A stretch of DNA of 64,000 bases from Candidatus Acidiferrales bacterium (lineage in GTDB: Bacteria; Acidobacteriota; Terriglobia; Acidiferrales; UBA7541). Below, in pieces: positions 38,183 through 47,546 of the stretch. The notes under the pieces are model-generated. The model had not been told where the DNA came from. It made no database searches and was given only the letters and a program-made list of their open reading frames with translations. Both the position numbers and the translations under genes were made by a program. How positions within the stretch are numbered: position 1 is the stretch's first letter; every line of letters starts with the position of its first letter. The stretch is taken from assembly GCA_030037335.1 (NCBI GenBank), contig JASHRN010000234.1:19371-83370 (forward strand), given 5' to 3'.

Positions 38183-38976
38183 TGGTTCGCGCGATCGGCG
38201 AGAGTCGTGCACCACATCGGAATCCTTTACCCGGAACGCGTCCCGAAGGCTCGCGCGATGAGCGCGAAGCGGGCTTGCGAGTCCGCGAAATGTTCGGCTG
38301 CATCGCGCCGCGCTACGATTTCCTGAACCACTTTCTCTCGGCTTCGTTTGACAAGCTCTGGCGCAAGCGAACCGCCCGCCGTTTCTCCGCAATTTTGCAG
38401 AATCCGGACGCTCGCGTGCTCGACTTATGCTGCGGAACCGGCGACCTCGTCTTTGCCTTCGCCGCGGAGAATCGCAAAATCCGCGCTGCTGGCCCGCAGT
38501 TGATTGGCGCTGACTTTGCGCTTCCTATGCTCAAATTGGCGCGGCAGAAAAACGCAGCAGTGCCGTCGAAAATCACGTTCCTGGCAGCAGACGCTCTCGC
38601 GCTGCCCTTTCCCGATGTAAGTTTCGATTTGATCTCCGCCGCTTTCGGCTTTCGCAATCTCGCGAGTTACCAGTCGGGCCTCCGCGAAATGCTCCGACTC
38701 CTCCGTCCGGGTGGTGCGTTGGCCATTCTTGAATTTTGCGAACCGAAAAGCGGTCCGCTCGCCGCGCTATTCCGATTCTACTTCACGCGCATTCTGCCTG
38801 TTCTTGGCGGCGCAATTTCTGGAAACAAAGAAGCCTATTCCTATCTGCCCGGCTCGGTGGAAAAGTTTCCTTCTCCGGAGATTCTCAAGGATTGGATGGA
38901 GCAGGCTGGCTTTCGCGACGTGAAATACGAATGCTGGACATTCGGAGCGGTCGCGCTGCACACCGCAACACGTTGA
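38182..38976 (+). CDS. ubiE: Demethylmenaquinone/ubiquinone C-methyltransferase (UbiE/MenG)
   Basis: Start ATG 38182 overlaps the aroB TGA by 1 nt. MFGCIAPRYDFLNHFLSASFDKLWRKR and SAM motif VLDLCCGTGD. Confidence 0.85.
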   Translation: MVRAIGESRAPHRNPLPGTRPEGSRDEREAGLRVREMFGCIAPRYDFLNHFLSASFDKLWRKRTARRFSAILQNPDARVLDLCCGTGDLVFAFAAENRKIRAAGPQLIGADFALPMLKLARQKNAAVPSKITFLAADALALPFPDVSFDLISAAFGFRNLASYQSGLREMLRLLRPGGALAILEFCEPKSGPLAALFRFYFTRILPVLGGAISGNKEAYSYLPGSVEKFPSPEILKDWMEQAGFRDVKYECWTFGAVALHTATR

Positions 38977-38979
38977 GCT

Positions 38980-40368
38980 TCAGTTTTCCAGACCCAGCGC
39001 TCGAATTTTGTGCAGTAGAGTCTTATACGAGACGCCGAGCTTTTCCGCCGCGCGTGATTTGTTCCATTTCGCTTCGCGCAGCGCTGTATCAATTTTGAAT
39101 CTTTCCACGTGGTTCACCGCTCGCTGGGCTACGTCATCCAGCGAGCCGTCCCACAAGAATTCCGCATTCAGCATTCCCGCGGGCATATCTTTCGCAGACG
39201 GTCGCGGCGAAGGCAATTGCAACGCCGCCGCACCGATTTCCTCGCCGTCCGCGAGAATCGCCGCTCGCTCGATCGCGTTTTGTAACTCGCGCACGTTCCC
39301 GGGCCATTCATAGCTGCGAAGCCGCGCGAGCGAATCCTCGCTGAACCGCAGCGCCGGCTTGCGAAATTCCCGCCGGAATCGCTCCAGAAAATGTTCAGCA
39401 AGCAGCGACACGTCGTCGCCGCGCTCGCGCAACGGCGGAATCGTCACCGGAATGGAAGCGATGCGAAAGTAGAGGTCTTCGCGAAAAGCTTTCTGCTCCA
39501 CGGCGGCCTGCAAATTTTTGTTGGTCGCCACAATGAAGCGCACATCCACATCAATCGACTGGGTGCCGCCTACGCGTTCGAATCGCCGCTCCTCCAGCAC
39601 GCGCAGCAGCTTTGCCTGAATCGCCAGAGGAAGCTCGCCGATTTCGTCCAGAAAAATTGTCCCGCGGTGCGCCAATTCGAGTTTACCGATTTTGCGCGCG
39701 CCCGCGCCGGTATAAGCCCCGCGCTCGTGTCCGAAGAGCTCGTTTTCCACCAGGCCTTCCGGGATGGCCGCGCAATTCAGCGCCACGAATGGATTTCCCT
39801 GCCGTCTGCTCAAATGATGCACTGCGCGGGCAAAAAGCTCTTTGCCCGTGCCGCTTTCGCCCAGCAGCAAAACGGTCGCTTCGGTGGGCGCAACGCGCTG
39901 CACAACCTGGCTCGCCGCTTGCATCGACGGATGTTCGCCCACGATTCGCGGAAAGCCGTACCGCTCGGCGTATTCCTCGCGAAGCAACAGATTTTCGCGC
40001 AGCAACTCCTGCTGATGCGCCGCCCGCGCCACGAGCAGCTTCAGATGTTCGAGTTCCACCGGCTTTTGAATGAAATCGAACGCGCCGTCTTTCATCGCCG
40101 TAACTGCTTCTTCCACTGATCCGTACGCAGTAATCAAAATCACCGGAATCGCTGCGTCAGCGCGCCGCGCTTCGCGCAGCACATCCAATCCAGATGCTCC
40201 GGGAAGTTTCAGATCGCTGAGAACCACGAGGTAACGGCGGTTGCGGACTTTCTCGATTGCTGAGGAGCCGTCGGGCGCCTCATCTACGTTGTAGCCGGCC
40301 TTCTCCAGCGCCTTGCGCAGCATCGCGCGCAATTCGGCCTTGTCTTCCACCAGCAGAACTGCTTCCAT
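38980..40368 (-). CDS. Sigma-54-dependent response regulator (NtrC family)
   Basis: 462 aa. Receiver (LLVEDK...LSDLKLPG), AAA+ GESGTGKE, ENELFGHERGAYTGA, C-terminal HTH. Confidence 0.9.
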   Translation of the reverse strand: MEAVLLVEDKAELRAMLRKALEKAGYNVDEAPDGSSAIEKVRNRRYLVVLSDLKLPGASGLDVLREARRADAAIPVILITAYGSVEEAVTAMKDGAFDFIQKPVELEHLKLLVARAAHQQELLRENLLLREEYAERYGFPRIVGEHPSMQAASQVVQRVAPTEATVLLLGESGTGKELFARAVHHLSRRQGNPFVALNCAAIPEGLVENELFGHERGAYTGAGARKIGKLELAHRGTIFLDEIGELPLAIQAKLLRVLEERRFERVGGTQSIDVDVRFIVATNKNLQAAVEQKAFREDLYFRIASIPVTIPPLRERGDDVSLLAEHFLERFRREFRKPALRFSEDSLARLRSYEWPGNVRELQNAIERAAILADGEEIGAAALQLPSPRPSAKDMPAGMLNAEFLWDGSLDDVAQRAVNHVERFKIDTALREAKWNKSRAAEKLGVSYKTLLHKIRALGLEN

Positions 40369-40377
40369 CGGTTCGCG

Positions 40378-41025
40378 CTACTCTCTGGCCCAGCCGGGGT
40401 CGCCGCCCGCCTTGCGCAATTCGTCCTGAAGATCGGAAAGCGCCTGCTCGTCGGCCGCCAATTCTTTCTGTTTCGCATCAATGGCAGCTTGTTTTTTGTC
40501 GATGTCGCTGCGGCTGATCGATTGCATCAATGCCTGCGTTGGATTGGTGTAGTACTGCACGTTAAGTTCGCCCAATTCCCGCTGCATCAGGGCAAGATCC
40601 TGTTTGTCCTGATCGATTTTGTGGCGCGCGTCCGCGAATTTTTGCCGCCACGCTGCTTCGTCGCCTGCGGCTGCGGGTGTTGCGCCGGACGCGCTGTTGC
40701 CCGCCGCTTCTGAAGATGACGACGCCGCGGACTGACCCACTACGGAAACCGCGCTCGACGCCGTCGGAATATTGTCGTTCGTGAAAACCACAGTCGCTTT
40801 CGGCGCGGTCTTCTCAGCTGCACGCGCTTTACGTGCAGCCTCCGCGAGCGATTGCGGCTGTGGCGTCGCCGTCGCCTGCGAGGCGGTCTTCGTCGTCGAT
40901 TGCGAAGTCGTCTGCTTGTCTGATGACTGCGCAGATTGCGATGTTTGTTGCGCCCCGGCCATTGCCGGTATCATCAAAGCCGCCACAATTGCCGCAAACC
41001 AGATTTTCTGTCGCATAGCTTTCAC
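40378..41025 (-). CDS. Secreted hypothetical protein with low-complexity Ser/Thr/Ala/Gln region and C-terminal coiled coil
   Basis: 215 aa. Signal peptide MKAMRQKIWFAAIVAALMIPAMAGAQQ. C-terminal heptad-like region (QDKQDLALMQRELGELN...KQKELAADEQALSDLQDELRKAG). Confidence 0.6.
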   Translation of the reverse strand: MKAMRQKIWFAAIVAALMIPAMAGAQQTSQSAQSSDKQTTSQSTTKTASQATATPQPQSLAEAARKARAAEKTAPKATVVFTNDNIPTASSAVSVVGQSAASSSSEAAGNSASGATPAAAGDEAAWRQKFADARHKIDQDKQDLALMQRELGELNVQYYTNPTQALMQSISRSDIDKKQAAIDAKQKELAADEQALSDLQDELRKAGGDPGWARE

Positions 41026-41133
41026 CTCGTCACCCCGCTTGGCTATTGCCGCTCCGCAGAACCGAATATCCGCCTTTTTCTCTTTAGGTTAGATTGATTT
41101 CCTCGCCTTCGGCAATTGGCCGCCAGGACAGGT

Positions 41134-42519
41134 CTACCGCAAGGGTAACCATAGGTCGAATTCCGCCCCACCCCCCGTCTGGTTACGCGCCTCGACCCTC
41201 CCGCCATGCTGCAACGCGATCTTTTGCACCACCGCCAATCCCAGGCCCGTTCCAGTCGACTTTGTCGTGAAGAAAGGGACGAATATCTTATCGATGTTTC
41301 CCGTCGCAATCCCCGGCCCATTATCGCTCACGGTCACGCGTTGCCATTTCTTCCCGCCTTGGACTTCCTCTTTGCCAGTAATCCTCACCTCGCCTGGATG
41401 CCCGTTCGATGAAGCCGCCTCCGCCGCATTGCGCGTCAGATTGAGCAGCGCCTGCTTCAGGAGCCCCGCATCCCCGGAAATTTCGACGAAGGCTCCTTCT
41501 GTTCGGATAGAAATTCCGCTCACCGCCCCGCCGATTTCCTCCGCTACCTGCTCAACCAGAGCAGCCAGCGCAAAATCCTCCTGCGATAGCTCCATCGGCC
41601 GCGCAAACCTCAGAAACTCCGTCACCACATGCGATAGTGATCTCGTCTGCTCGATGATTTTCGCTGCGCATTCTCCGGTTTCATCCGAAGGCGCCTCGTT
41701 GTGAATCATCTGCGCGTACCCGGAGATTGTCGCCAGCGCATTTTTGAATTCGTGTGCAATTCCAGCCGACATCTCGCCCAGCACCGCGAGATTTTCCTTC
41801 CATCGCATCTGCTTTTGCAGCAGCGCGAGCTCTGTTAAATCGCTCATCAGGCAGAGAGCGCCCGTCAATTTCTGCTCGGCGGGTGCCAGCGGTCCCGCGA
41901 CAATCGTGTTGCGCACGGAGCGGTAAATCGGCGAAATCGTCACGCCCAGTTTGCGCAGTTCTCCCGCTGGCGTGACGTGCGGCACTTCATCGCGCTGGAA
42001 TGTCTGTCCATCGCGAAGGCACGCCGCCAGCATTTGCGTCAGCGTCGAATCTCCGCCCAGAATCTCGGCGTACCGCCGGTATTGCAATCCGCGAATTCCC
42101 AGGGCTTTCTCAGCCGCGGGATTTGCGGAGCTGATCGTCCCCGTTGCGCTCACCAGCAGCAGTCCTGCAGGCATGTTCCGCGTCACCGCTTCGCTGAGCC
42201 GTTCTGTTTCCTGCGCCCGCTCTTTCTCCAGCTGATGCAGCCGCGCCAATTCCTGCTCCTGCTCGCGCAGCCGCTGAATCACGCCCTGCATCGACGCGGT
42301 CATAAACGCCGACGGATTCTCCGCATTCACTCGAAATGCCTCATCCGAAGCTTTTGCCGCAGGACGCGGGGCCAGCACGGATCGCCGGAGCACAATGAAT
42401 GCCCCGACGACCACGAGGAAAATCAGGCAGAGCAGCACTAGCGCGACGCCCATTTCCACATTGAAATGTGCAGTAGCTGGTGCGAATGCGAGGAGGGAAA
42501 ATGAAAATGCGAACGCCAT
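41134..42519 (-). CDS. Sensor histidine kinase (NtrB-like, PAS-containing)
   Basis: 461 aa. N-terminal TM region, coiled coil, PAS-like segment. H-box AGIAHEFKNAL, N-box LNLTRNAAEA, G-boxes DNGPGI and GTGLGLAVV. Confidence 0.85.
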   Translation of the reverse strand: MAFAFSFSLLAFAPATAHFNVEMGVALVLLCLIFLVVVGAFIVLRRSVLAPRPAAKASDEAFRVNAENPSAFMTASMQGVIQRLREQEQELARLHQLEKERAQETERLSEAVTRNMPAGLLLVSATGTISSANPAAEKALGIRGLQYRRYAEILGGDSTLTQMLAACLRDGQTFQRDEVPHVTPAGELRKLGVTISPIYRSVRNTIVAGPLAPAEQKLTGALCLMSDLTELALLQKQMRWKENLAVLGEMSAGIAHEFKNALATISGYAQMIHNEAPSDETGECAAKIIEQTRSLSHVVTEFLRFARPMELSQEDFALAALVEQVAEEIGGAVSGISIRTEGAFVEISGDAGLLKQALLNLTRNAAEAASSNGHPGEVRITGKEEVQGGKKWQRVTVSDNGPGIATGNIDKIFVPFFTTKSTGTGLGLAVVQKIALQHGGRVEARNQTGGGAEFDLWLPLR

Positions 42520-42525
42520 CTGCGC

Positions 42526-43389
42526 CTACCGGATCATGAAAAGCGATTGATACCAGATGACCACCGGCGTGCCAAAGAACACCACCAGCAGCGCCGCCGC
42601 GCCCAGGAAAGTTCCGAAGGGCAGCTCATAATTCGAGCCTTTCCGCGAAGCAATAATGAAAATTGCCCCAAGAAATGCGCCCAGCAACGAACCAGCAAGT
42701 ATCGTCAGGATCGTTCTTCGCAAGCCAAGAAACGCTCCCGCCATCAGCATCATTTTCACGTCGCCGAATCCCATCCCCTCGCGTCCGCGCAGCCGGAAAT
42801 AAGCTTCGCCAACCAGCCAAAGCAGTCCGCCTCCAACCGCAGCGCCGATCACCGCATCTGCGAAGGAGATCACCGGAGCCGGCGGCGGAAAGTCGAACAT
42901 TCGGTTCGCCAGCCATGCCGCCGTTCCATCATCGGGACGCACAAAAAAGCTGATTGCCAGCGCGATTCCGAGTCCTGTGAAGTTCACCGCATCGGGCAAA
43001 ATTCGCTCGCGCCAGTCCGTAAAAATCAGCACGACCAAGACCGCCGAAAATGCCGCCCACTTCACTGTCAGTACCGAATTTCCAAACACCATGTAGCAGG
43101 CAAGAAAAAGCAGTCCCGTCAGTAGCTCCACCACCGGATAGACGGGCGAAATCCGTACTTTGCAGCTTCGGCATTTGCCGCCAAGAAAAAGATAACTGAG
43201 CACTGGAATGTTGTCGTACGCGCGAATCTCTTTTCCGCATTTCGGGCATCGTGACCGGGGCCGCACCACCGATTTTCCCGCGGGCAGCCGGCTGATGCAC
43301 ACGTTCAGGAAGCTGCCAATAATCAGCCCGAACAGGAACACAAAGATCGCAATCATCTGTTCCGGAAGCATCTTTTGACTTTGCCACAT
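42526..43389 (-). CDS. pilD: Prepilin peptidase / N-methyltransferase (A24 family)
   Basis: 287 aa. N-terminal GSFLNVCISRLP plus CPKCG...CRSC zinc motif. Polytopic peptidase domain with GFGDVKMM aspartate motif. Confidence 0.9.
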   Translation of the reverse strand: MWQSQKMLPEQMIAIFVFLFGLIIGSFLNVCISRLPAGKSVVRPRSRCPKCGKEIRAYDNIPVLSYLFLGGKCRSCKVRISPVYPVVELLTGLLFLACYMVFGNSVLTVKWAAFSAVLVVLIFTDWRERILPDAVNFTGLGIALAISFFVRPDDGTAAWLANRMFDFPPPAPVISFADAVIGAAVGGGLLWLVGEAYFRLRGREGMGFGDVKMMLMAGAFLGLRRTILTILAGSLLGAFLGAIFIIASRKGSNYELPFGTFLGAAALLVVFFGTPVVIWYQSLFMIR

Positions 43390-43478
43390 TCGCCGGTGCT
43401 CCTCAATCTCACCGGCGCATTCCGTGCCCGATGGCTAACTCTCTATCGCCTGTTTTCTTCCATTCGCTGCTCAGTTTT

Positions 43479-43506
43479 TTGCCCGGTTCCGCCTGTGAGA
43501 TATATT
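43479..43506 (+). promoter_or_regulatory. Candidate sigma-70-type promoter for the 43522 gene
   Basis: TTGCCC (43479-43484), 16-nt spacer, TATATT (43501-43506). Lies 16 nt upstream of ATG 43522 and no obvious SD follows. Confidence 0.3.
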
Positions 43507-43521
43507 GGCAGCTTTAATCTT

Positions 43522-44568
43522 ATGGGCTACTTTGAACAGAAAATTCGTCGCTATGAGCACAGGCGCTGGTCCGCTGAGCCAAATCGCCGCTCGCTTCCTT
43601 TTGCCTGGGGACTCGAACACATCGGCGGTCGCGCCGATGAGCCGGAGCCGCGCGCTTTCTTGCGTCATTTCGTCCAGCAGACGCTCGCCGCCAGCGACGC
43701 CTGGTTCGCCTGCGAAGCGCCGCGCGATTATGAACTACGATCCCCGACGGCCAGCGGCGCGCCATGGAGCGATGAATTGGAATTCACCAGCAGCATTCAT
43801 TCCTCGTGGCCCGAAAATAATCGTGTCCACGCGCGCCTGTTTCCGGCGAACTCGCGCGGCAGCGGCCCCGCCGTTGTCGTCCTGCCTCAATGGAACGCGG
43901 ATTATTCCGCGCATGTCGACATTTGCCGTTGGCTGAATCGCCTCGGAATTTCCGCGCTCCGCCTCAGCCTGCCCTATCACGATAAACGCGCCATTCCCGG
44001 CCATCCTCGCGCTGACCATATCGTCGGCCCCAATATCGGCCTCACTCTTCAGGCCAATCGCCAGGCTGTCTGCGACGCACGCTGTTGCTTGCGCTGGCTC
44101 GAAATGCGCGGCTACGGCCCGCTTGGAATTCTGGGCTCGAGCCTCGGCTCCTGCATTTCCTGCATTACCGCTTCTCATGAGCCGCTCATTCGCGCCGCTG
44201 CACTGCTGCACGTCTCCAGCTATTTTGGAGATGTTGTCGCCAACGGCCTCACTACCATCCACGTCTGGGAATCGATGCGTCCGAAAATTTCTGAAGAAGA
44301 GATTCGCCTTTACTGGTCGCCCATCAGTCCCATGCCTTACATTTCCAAATTGCGCGGCACAGGCCAAAAAATCCTCGCCATCAGCGCGCGTTACGATCCA
44401 ACTTTCCCGGACGAATTTTCCGATGACTTTTTCGCCGCCATTCGCGGCAATGAAGTCGATTGCCAGCCTCTGCGCCTTCCGTGCGGACACTACTCCCTCG
44501 GCGAGGCGCCCTTCAAATGGATTGTGGGCTGGCGTTTCGGAAAATTCCTGCAGCGCGCGTTGCGTTAG
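43522..44568 (+). CDS. Alpha/beta-fold hydrolase (ABHD18/DUF2048-like)
   Basis: Start ATG 43522; the ORF-track start 43375 overlaps pilD. Nucleophile elbow GSSLGS. 348 aa. Confidence 0.55.
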   Translation: MGYFEQKIRRYEHRRWSAEPNRRSLPFAWGLEHIGGRADEPEPRAFLRHFVQQTLAASDAWFACEAPRDYELRSPTASGAPWSDELEFTSSIHSSWPENNRVHARLFPANSRGSGPAVVVLPQWNADYSAHVDICRWLNRLGISALRLSLPYHDKRAIPGHPRADHIVGPNIGLTLQANRQAVCDARCCLRWLEMRGYGPLGILGSSLGSCISCITASHEPLIRAAALLHVSSYFGDVVANGLTTIHVWESMRPKISEEEIRLYWSPISPMPYISKLRGTGQKILAISARYDPTFPDEFSDDFFAAIRGNEVDCQPLRLPCGHYSLGEAPFKWIVGWRFGKFLQRALR

Positions 44569-44621
44569 ATTTCTGTGGGTTAATCCTATGCCAAATCGAG
44601 GAGGAAATCGGGACGCGAGTT

Positions 44622-46148
44622 CTAATGGACGATTTTCTGAAATTCGCCCCGTATCACTACTTTGGCCACAGCCTCAATATCCGTCGCCAGCACGCGGTCT
44701 TTTTCGACTACCGGCGACACTGATCGCACCAGCTCATACGCTCTGCGCGCTTCTGTTCCCGTCTGCAACGGCGCCTGAAAATCGATTCCTTGCGTGGCGG
44801 CCAGCAGCTCAATCGAAATCACGTTGCACAGTGCATCCAGCATCCGTCTCAATCGCCTCGCCGCGCTCATGCCCATCGACACGTAATCTTCCTGATCCCC
44901 TGAAGTCGGAATCGAATCCACCGAATGCGGCGTCGCCAGCGCCTTCATTTCGCTCACCAGACTCGCCGCCACCACTTGCGCGATCATGAATCCGGAATTC
45001 AGTCCCGGATCCGGTGTCAGAAATGCCGGCAGGCCGCTCGTATGCGGATTCGTCATATGCTCGATGCGCCGCTCGCAGATTCCGGCGAGCGTTGCCAGCG
45101 CAATCGCTGTTTGGTCCGCTGACATCGCCAGCGGCTGTCCATGAAAATTCCCGCCGCTAATCACTTCTCCCGAGTCGCTGAACACCAGCGGATTATCCGT
45201 CGCGCTGTTCAACTCGATGGAAAGTGTCGTGCGTACCTGCGAAAGCGAATCGCGCACCGCCCCATGCACCTGCGGAGTGCATCGCAAACTGTACGCATCC
45301 TGCACGCGCGGATCTACCTCCGGCGAGCGATGAGATTCGCGAATCTCGCTTCCGCGATTCAGTCGCGTCAGGTTGCGCGCCGTCACCGCGTGGCCCGGAT
45401 AAGGCCGAATGCGCGAAATTCTTTCATCGAACGGCGCAGGACTTCCGCGCAGCGCATCCAGCGAGAGCGCTGCCGCTACGTCCGCCGAATCCACCAGCAT
45501 CTCCGCTTCGCGTACCGCCAGCGAAATCAGCGCCAGCATTCCCTGCGTGCCATTCAACAGCCCGAGGCCCTCTTTCGCTTCCAATTTCAGCGGAGCAATT
45601 CCCGCTTGCCGCATCGCATCTGCGCCAGAAATTCGCGCGCCCTTGTAAAACGCTTCGCCCTCTCCAATCGCCACGAGCGCCAGATGCGCCAGCGGCGCCA
45701 AATCTCCCGAAGCGCCCACCGATCCCTGCGAAGGAATCACCGGAAGAACTCCGCGCTCCAGCATCGCCAGCAGCGTCTCCACAACCACCGGCCGCACGCC
45801 GCTGAATCCCTTCGCCAGCGTATTCGCCCGCAGCAGAAGCATCGCGCGCGTTTCATCCTCGCCAAGCGCCGCGCCCACTCCGCACGCATGGCTCCGCACC
45901 AAATTGAATTGCAACTCGCTTACTTGGTCGCGATGAATCCGCACCGACGCCAGCGCGCCAAACCCTGTATTCACGCCATAAACCGCTACCTCGCCCGCGC
46001 CTAACTTTTCGACCAGCGCCCGTGAAGCCTCCATCCGCTCGCGCGCGTGCGGTGCAAGCGTGACGTCGAATCCTTCGTAAACAATTTGATAAACCTGCCC
46101 CAGCGTCAAATCATTCCCGGTCAGCGCGATGCTTTTCTTGCTCATCAA
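44622..46148 (-). CDS. hutH: Histidine ammonia-lyase
   Basis: 508 aa. MIO-forming GASGDLAPL. HAL-type selectivity motif NLVRSHACGVG (Ser-His). Confidence 0.85.
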   Translation of the reverse strand: MMSKKSIALTGNDLTLGQVYQIVYEGFDVTLAPHARERMEASRALVEKLGAGEVAVYGVNTGFGALASVRIHRDQVSELQFNLVRSHACGVGAALGEDETRAMLLLRANTLAKGFSGVRPVVVETLLAMLERGVLPVIPSQGSVGASGDLAPLAHLALVAIGEGEAFYKGARISGADAMRQAGIAPLKLEAKEGLGLLNGTQGMLALISLAVREAEMLVDSADVAAALSLDALRGSPAPFDERISRIRPYPGHAVTARNLTRLNRGSEIRESHRSPEVDPRVQDAYSLRCTPQVHGAVRDSLSQVRTTLSIELNSATDNPLVFSDSGEVISGGNFHGQPLAMSADQTAIALATLAGICERRIEHMTNPHTSGLPAFLTPDPGLNSGFMIAQVVAASLVSEMKALATPHSVDSIPTSGDQEDYVSMGMSAARRLRRMLDALCNVISIELLAATQGIDFQAPLQTGTEARRAYELVRSVSPVVEKDRVLATDIEAVAKVVIRGEFQKIVH

Positions 46149-46588
46149 TATGCGCCTCTCGCCGCTCCCGCGTTCGCTGCAAGCGTCAAAGGAAAATATT
46201 TTCTGTATTTCTCCGGCAAGCTCTTTGGCCGTCCTTTACTGTCGCAAATCACGTGCAGCGTTTCTCCCGTCGCAATTACCGCGTCGGCGCCTTGTTTGAA
46301 CACTTCGTATCCAAACGTAATCGTCCGCTTCCGCGATTCCGCAACATGCGTGCGAATCCGGATCACATCATCGAAACGCGCCGGCTGCTTGTACGTGCAG
46401 CTTGCCTTCGCTACAACTACAAAACTGTCGTCTTCGATTTCCATTTGTTTGTAGCTGAATCCCAATTGCCGCATCAGCTCCACACGCGCCACTTCAAACC
46501 ACACGAAGAAATTCGCGTAATACACTACGCCCATCTGGTCCGTTTCCGCATACCGCACTCGCACCGTCGTCTCGCCGCTGGCGGGCAT
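46145..46588 (-). CDS. 4HBT/YbgC-family acyl-CoA thioesterase
   Basis: 147 aa. Hot-dog fold motif VRYAETDQMGVVYYANFF. 4-nt overlap with the hutH start. Confidence 0.8.
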   Translation of the reverse strand: MPASGETTVRVRYAETDQMGVVYYANFFVWFEVARVELMRQLGFSYKQMEIEDDSFVVVAKASCTYKQPARFDDVIRIRTHVAESRKRTITFGYEVFKQGADAVIATGETLHVICDSKGRPKSLPEKYRKYFPLTLAANAGAARGAY

Positions 46589-46751
46589 ATCTGTGATTGC
46601 AAACTCCTGAACAAAGAGGGGAAGTGTAACAGAATCCCGTGGCCTTTCCGCTCACGTCCTATCGCGGTGTTGTGCCTATCGCAACTAATGACGTTACGAT
46701 TTCGCAGCGCCATTTGTCGGTCAACGGCTTTCAACTGTCAACTATCGACTA

Positions 46752-47537
46752 TCAATTGCTTTTCTGCCACTTCGGCGCGTGCTTCTCAAGGAACGCCGAA
46801 AGCCCCTCGCGAAAATCCGCTGTTCTGCGAATTTCCGCACTTTCGCGAATCGCGATTTCCAAATCGCGCTGGATCTCTTTTTCGTTCCAGCGCAGAATCA
46901 GCCGCTTGGTCATCTTTAAGCTCGTCGGACTCAGCGCCGCGAGCGCCTGAGCCAATTCGCGCGCCCGGGTCATCAATTTGTCCGCGGCCACAATTTCCGT
47001 CACCAATCCCAAACGGTGTGCTTCCGCCGCATCAAAACTCTTCCCCGTTAGCAACAGTTCACGCGTGATTTTCTCTCCTACTTGGCGCAGCAGAAATACC
47101 GAAACCACAGCAGGCAAAAATCCAATTCGTGCTTCCGTGTACCCGAACTTCGCCTCCGGCACAGCCAGCGTGAAATCCGCAAGAGTCGCCAGTCCTGTCC
47201 CGCCCGCAATCGCTGGCCCATTCACCGCCGCAATCAGCGGCTTCGGAAAACTGTACACGCGATAAAACATCTTCCCCATGCGCTCCGCGTCCGCCGCGTG
47301 CTGCTCTGGCGTTTGCGTGGACAAATTCCGCAGCGCCTCCAAATCCATTCCCGCGCAGAACGCGCTTCCCGCTCCTGTCAAAATCACGACGCGCACCGCA
47401 CTCTTTTCCGCTTCGTCCAACACGCCTAGCAAATCGCCGATCATCTCCGGAGAAATCGCGTTACGCTTCTCCGGACGCGCGAGCGTAATCGTCCCAATTT
47501 CTCCCTCGATCGCGAATTGCAATGTGCTATAGCCCAT
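46752..47537 (-). CDS. Enoyl-CoA hydratase/isomerase family (possibly methylglutaconyl-CoA hydratase)
   Basis: 261 aa. Crotonase oxyanion motif GAGSAFCAGMDL. Context with HMG-CoA lyase and the MCCase beta subunit. Confidence 0.8.
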   Translation of the reverse strand: MGYSTLQFAIEGEIGTITLARPEKRNAISPEMIGDLLGVLDEAEKSAVRVVILTGAGSAFCAGMDLEALRNLSTQTPEQHAADAERMGKMFYRVYSFPKPLIAAVNGPAIAGGTGLATLADFTLAVPEAKFGYTEARIGFLPAVVSVFLLRQVGEKITRELLLTGKSFDAAEAHRLGLVTEIVAADKLMTRARELAQALAALSPTSLKMTKRLILRWNEKEIQRDLEIAIRESAEIRRTADFREGLSAFLEKHAPKWQKSN

Positions 47538-47546
47538 CTCTAGTTC

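Noticed and set aside
41111-41125. Sigma-54-like promoter TGGCGGccaaTTGCC on the minus strand, upstream of the secreted coiled-coil gene.
   Set aside because: The GG-to-GC spacing is one nucleotide shorter than the strict -24/-12 spacing, and the site abuts the 3' end of the kinase gene (stop codon at 41134-41136).
44622-46148. The ammonia-lyase as a tyrosine or phenylalanine ammonia-lyase feeding a CoA-dependent aromatic pathway (because of the thioesterase and hydratase neighbours).
   Set aside because: The selectivity region reads NLVRSHACGVG (Ser-His), which is the HAL pattern. TAL has the His-Leu pattern and PAL the Phe-Leu pattern.
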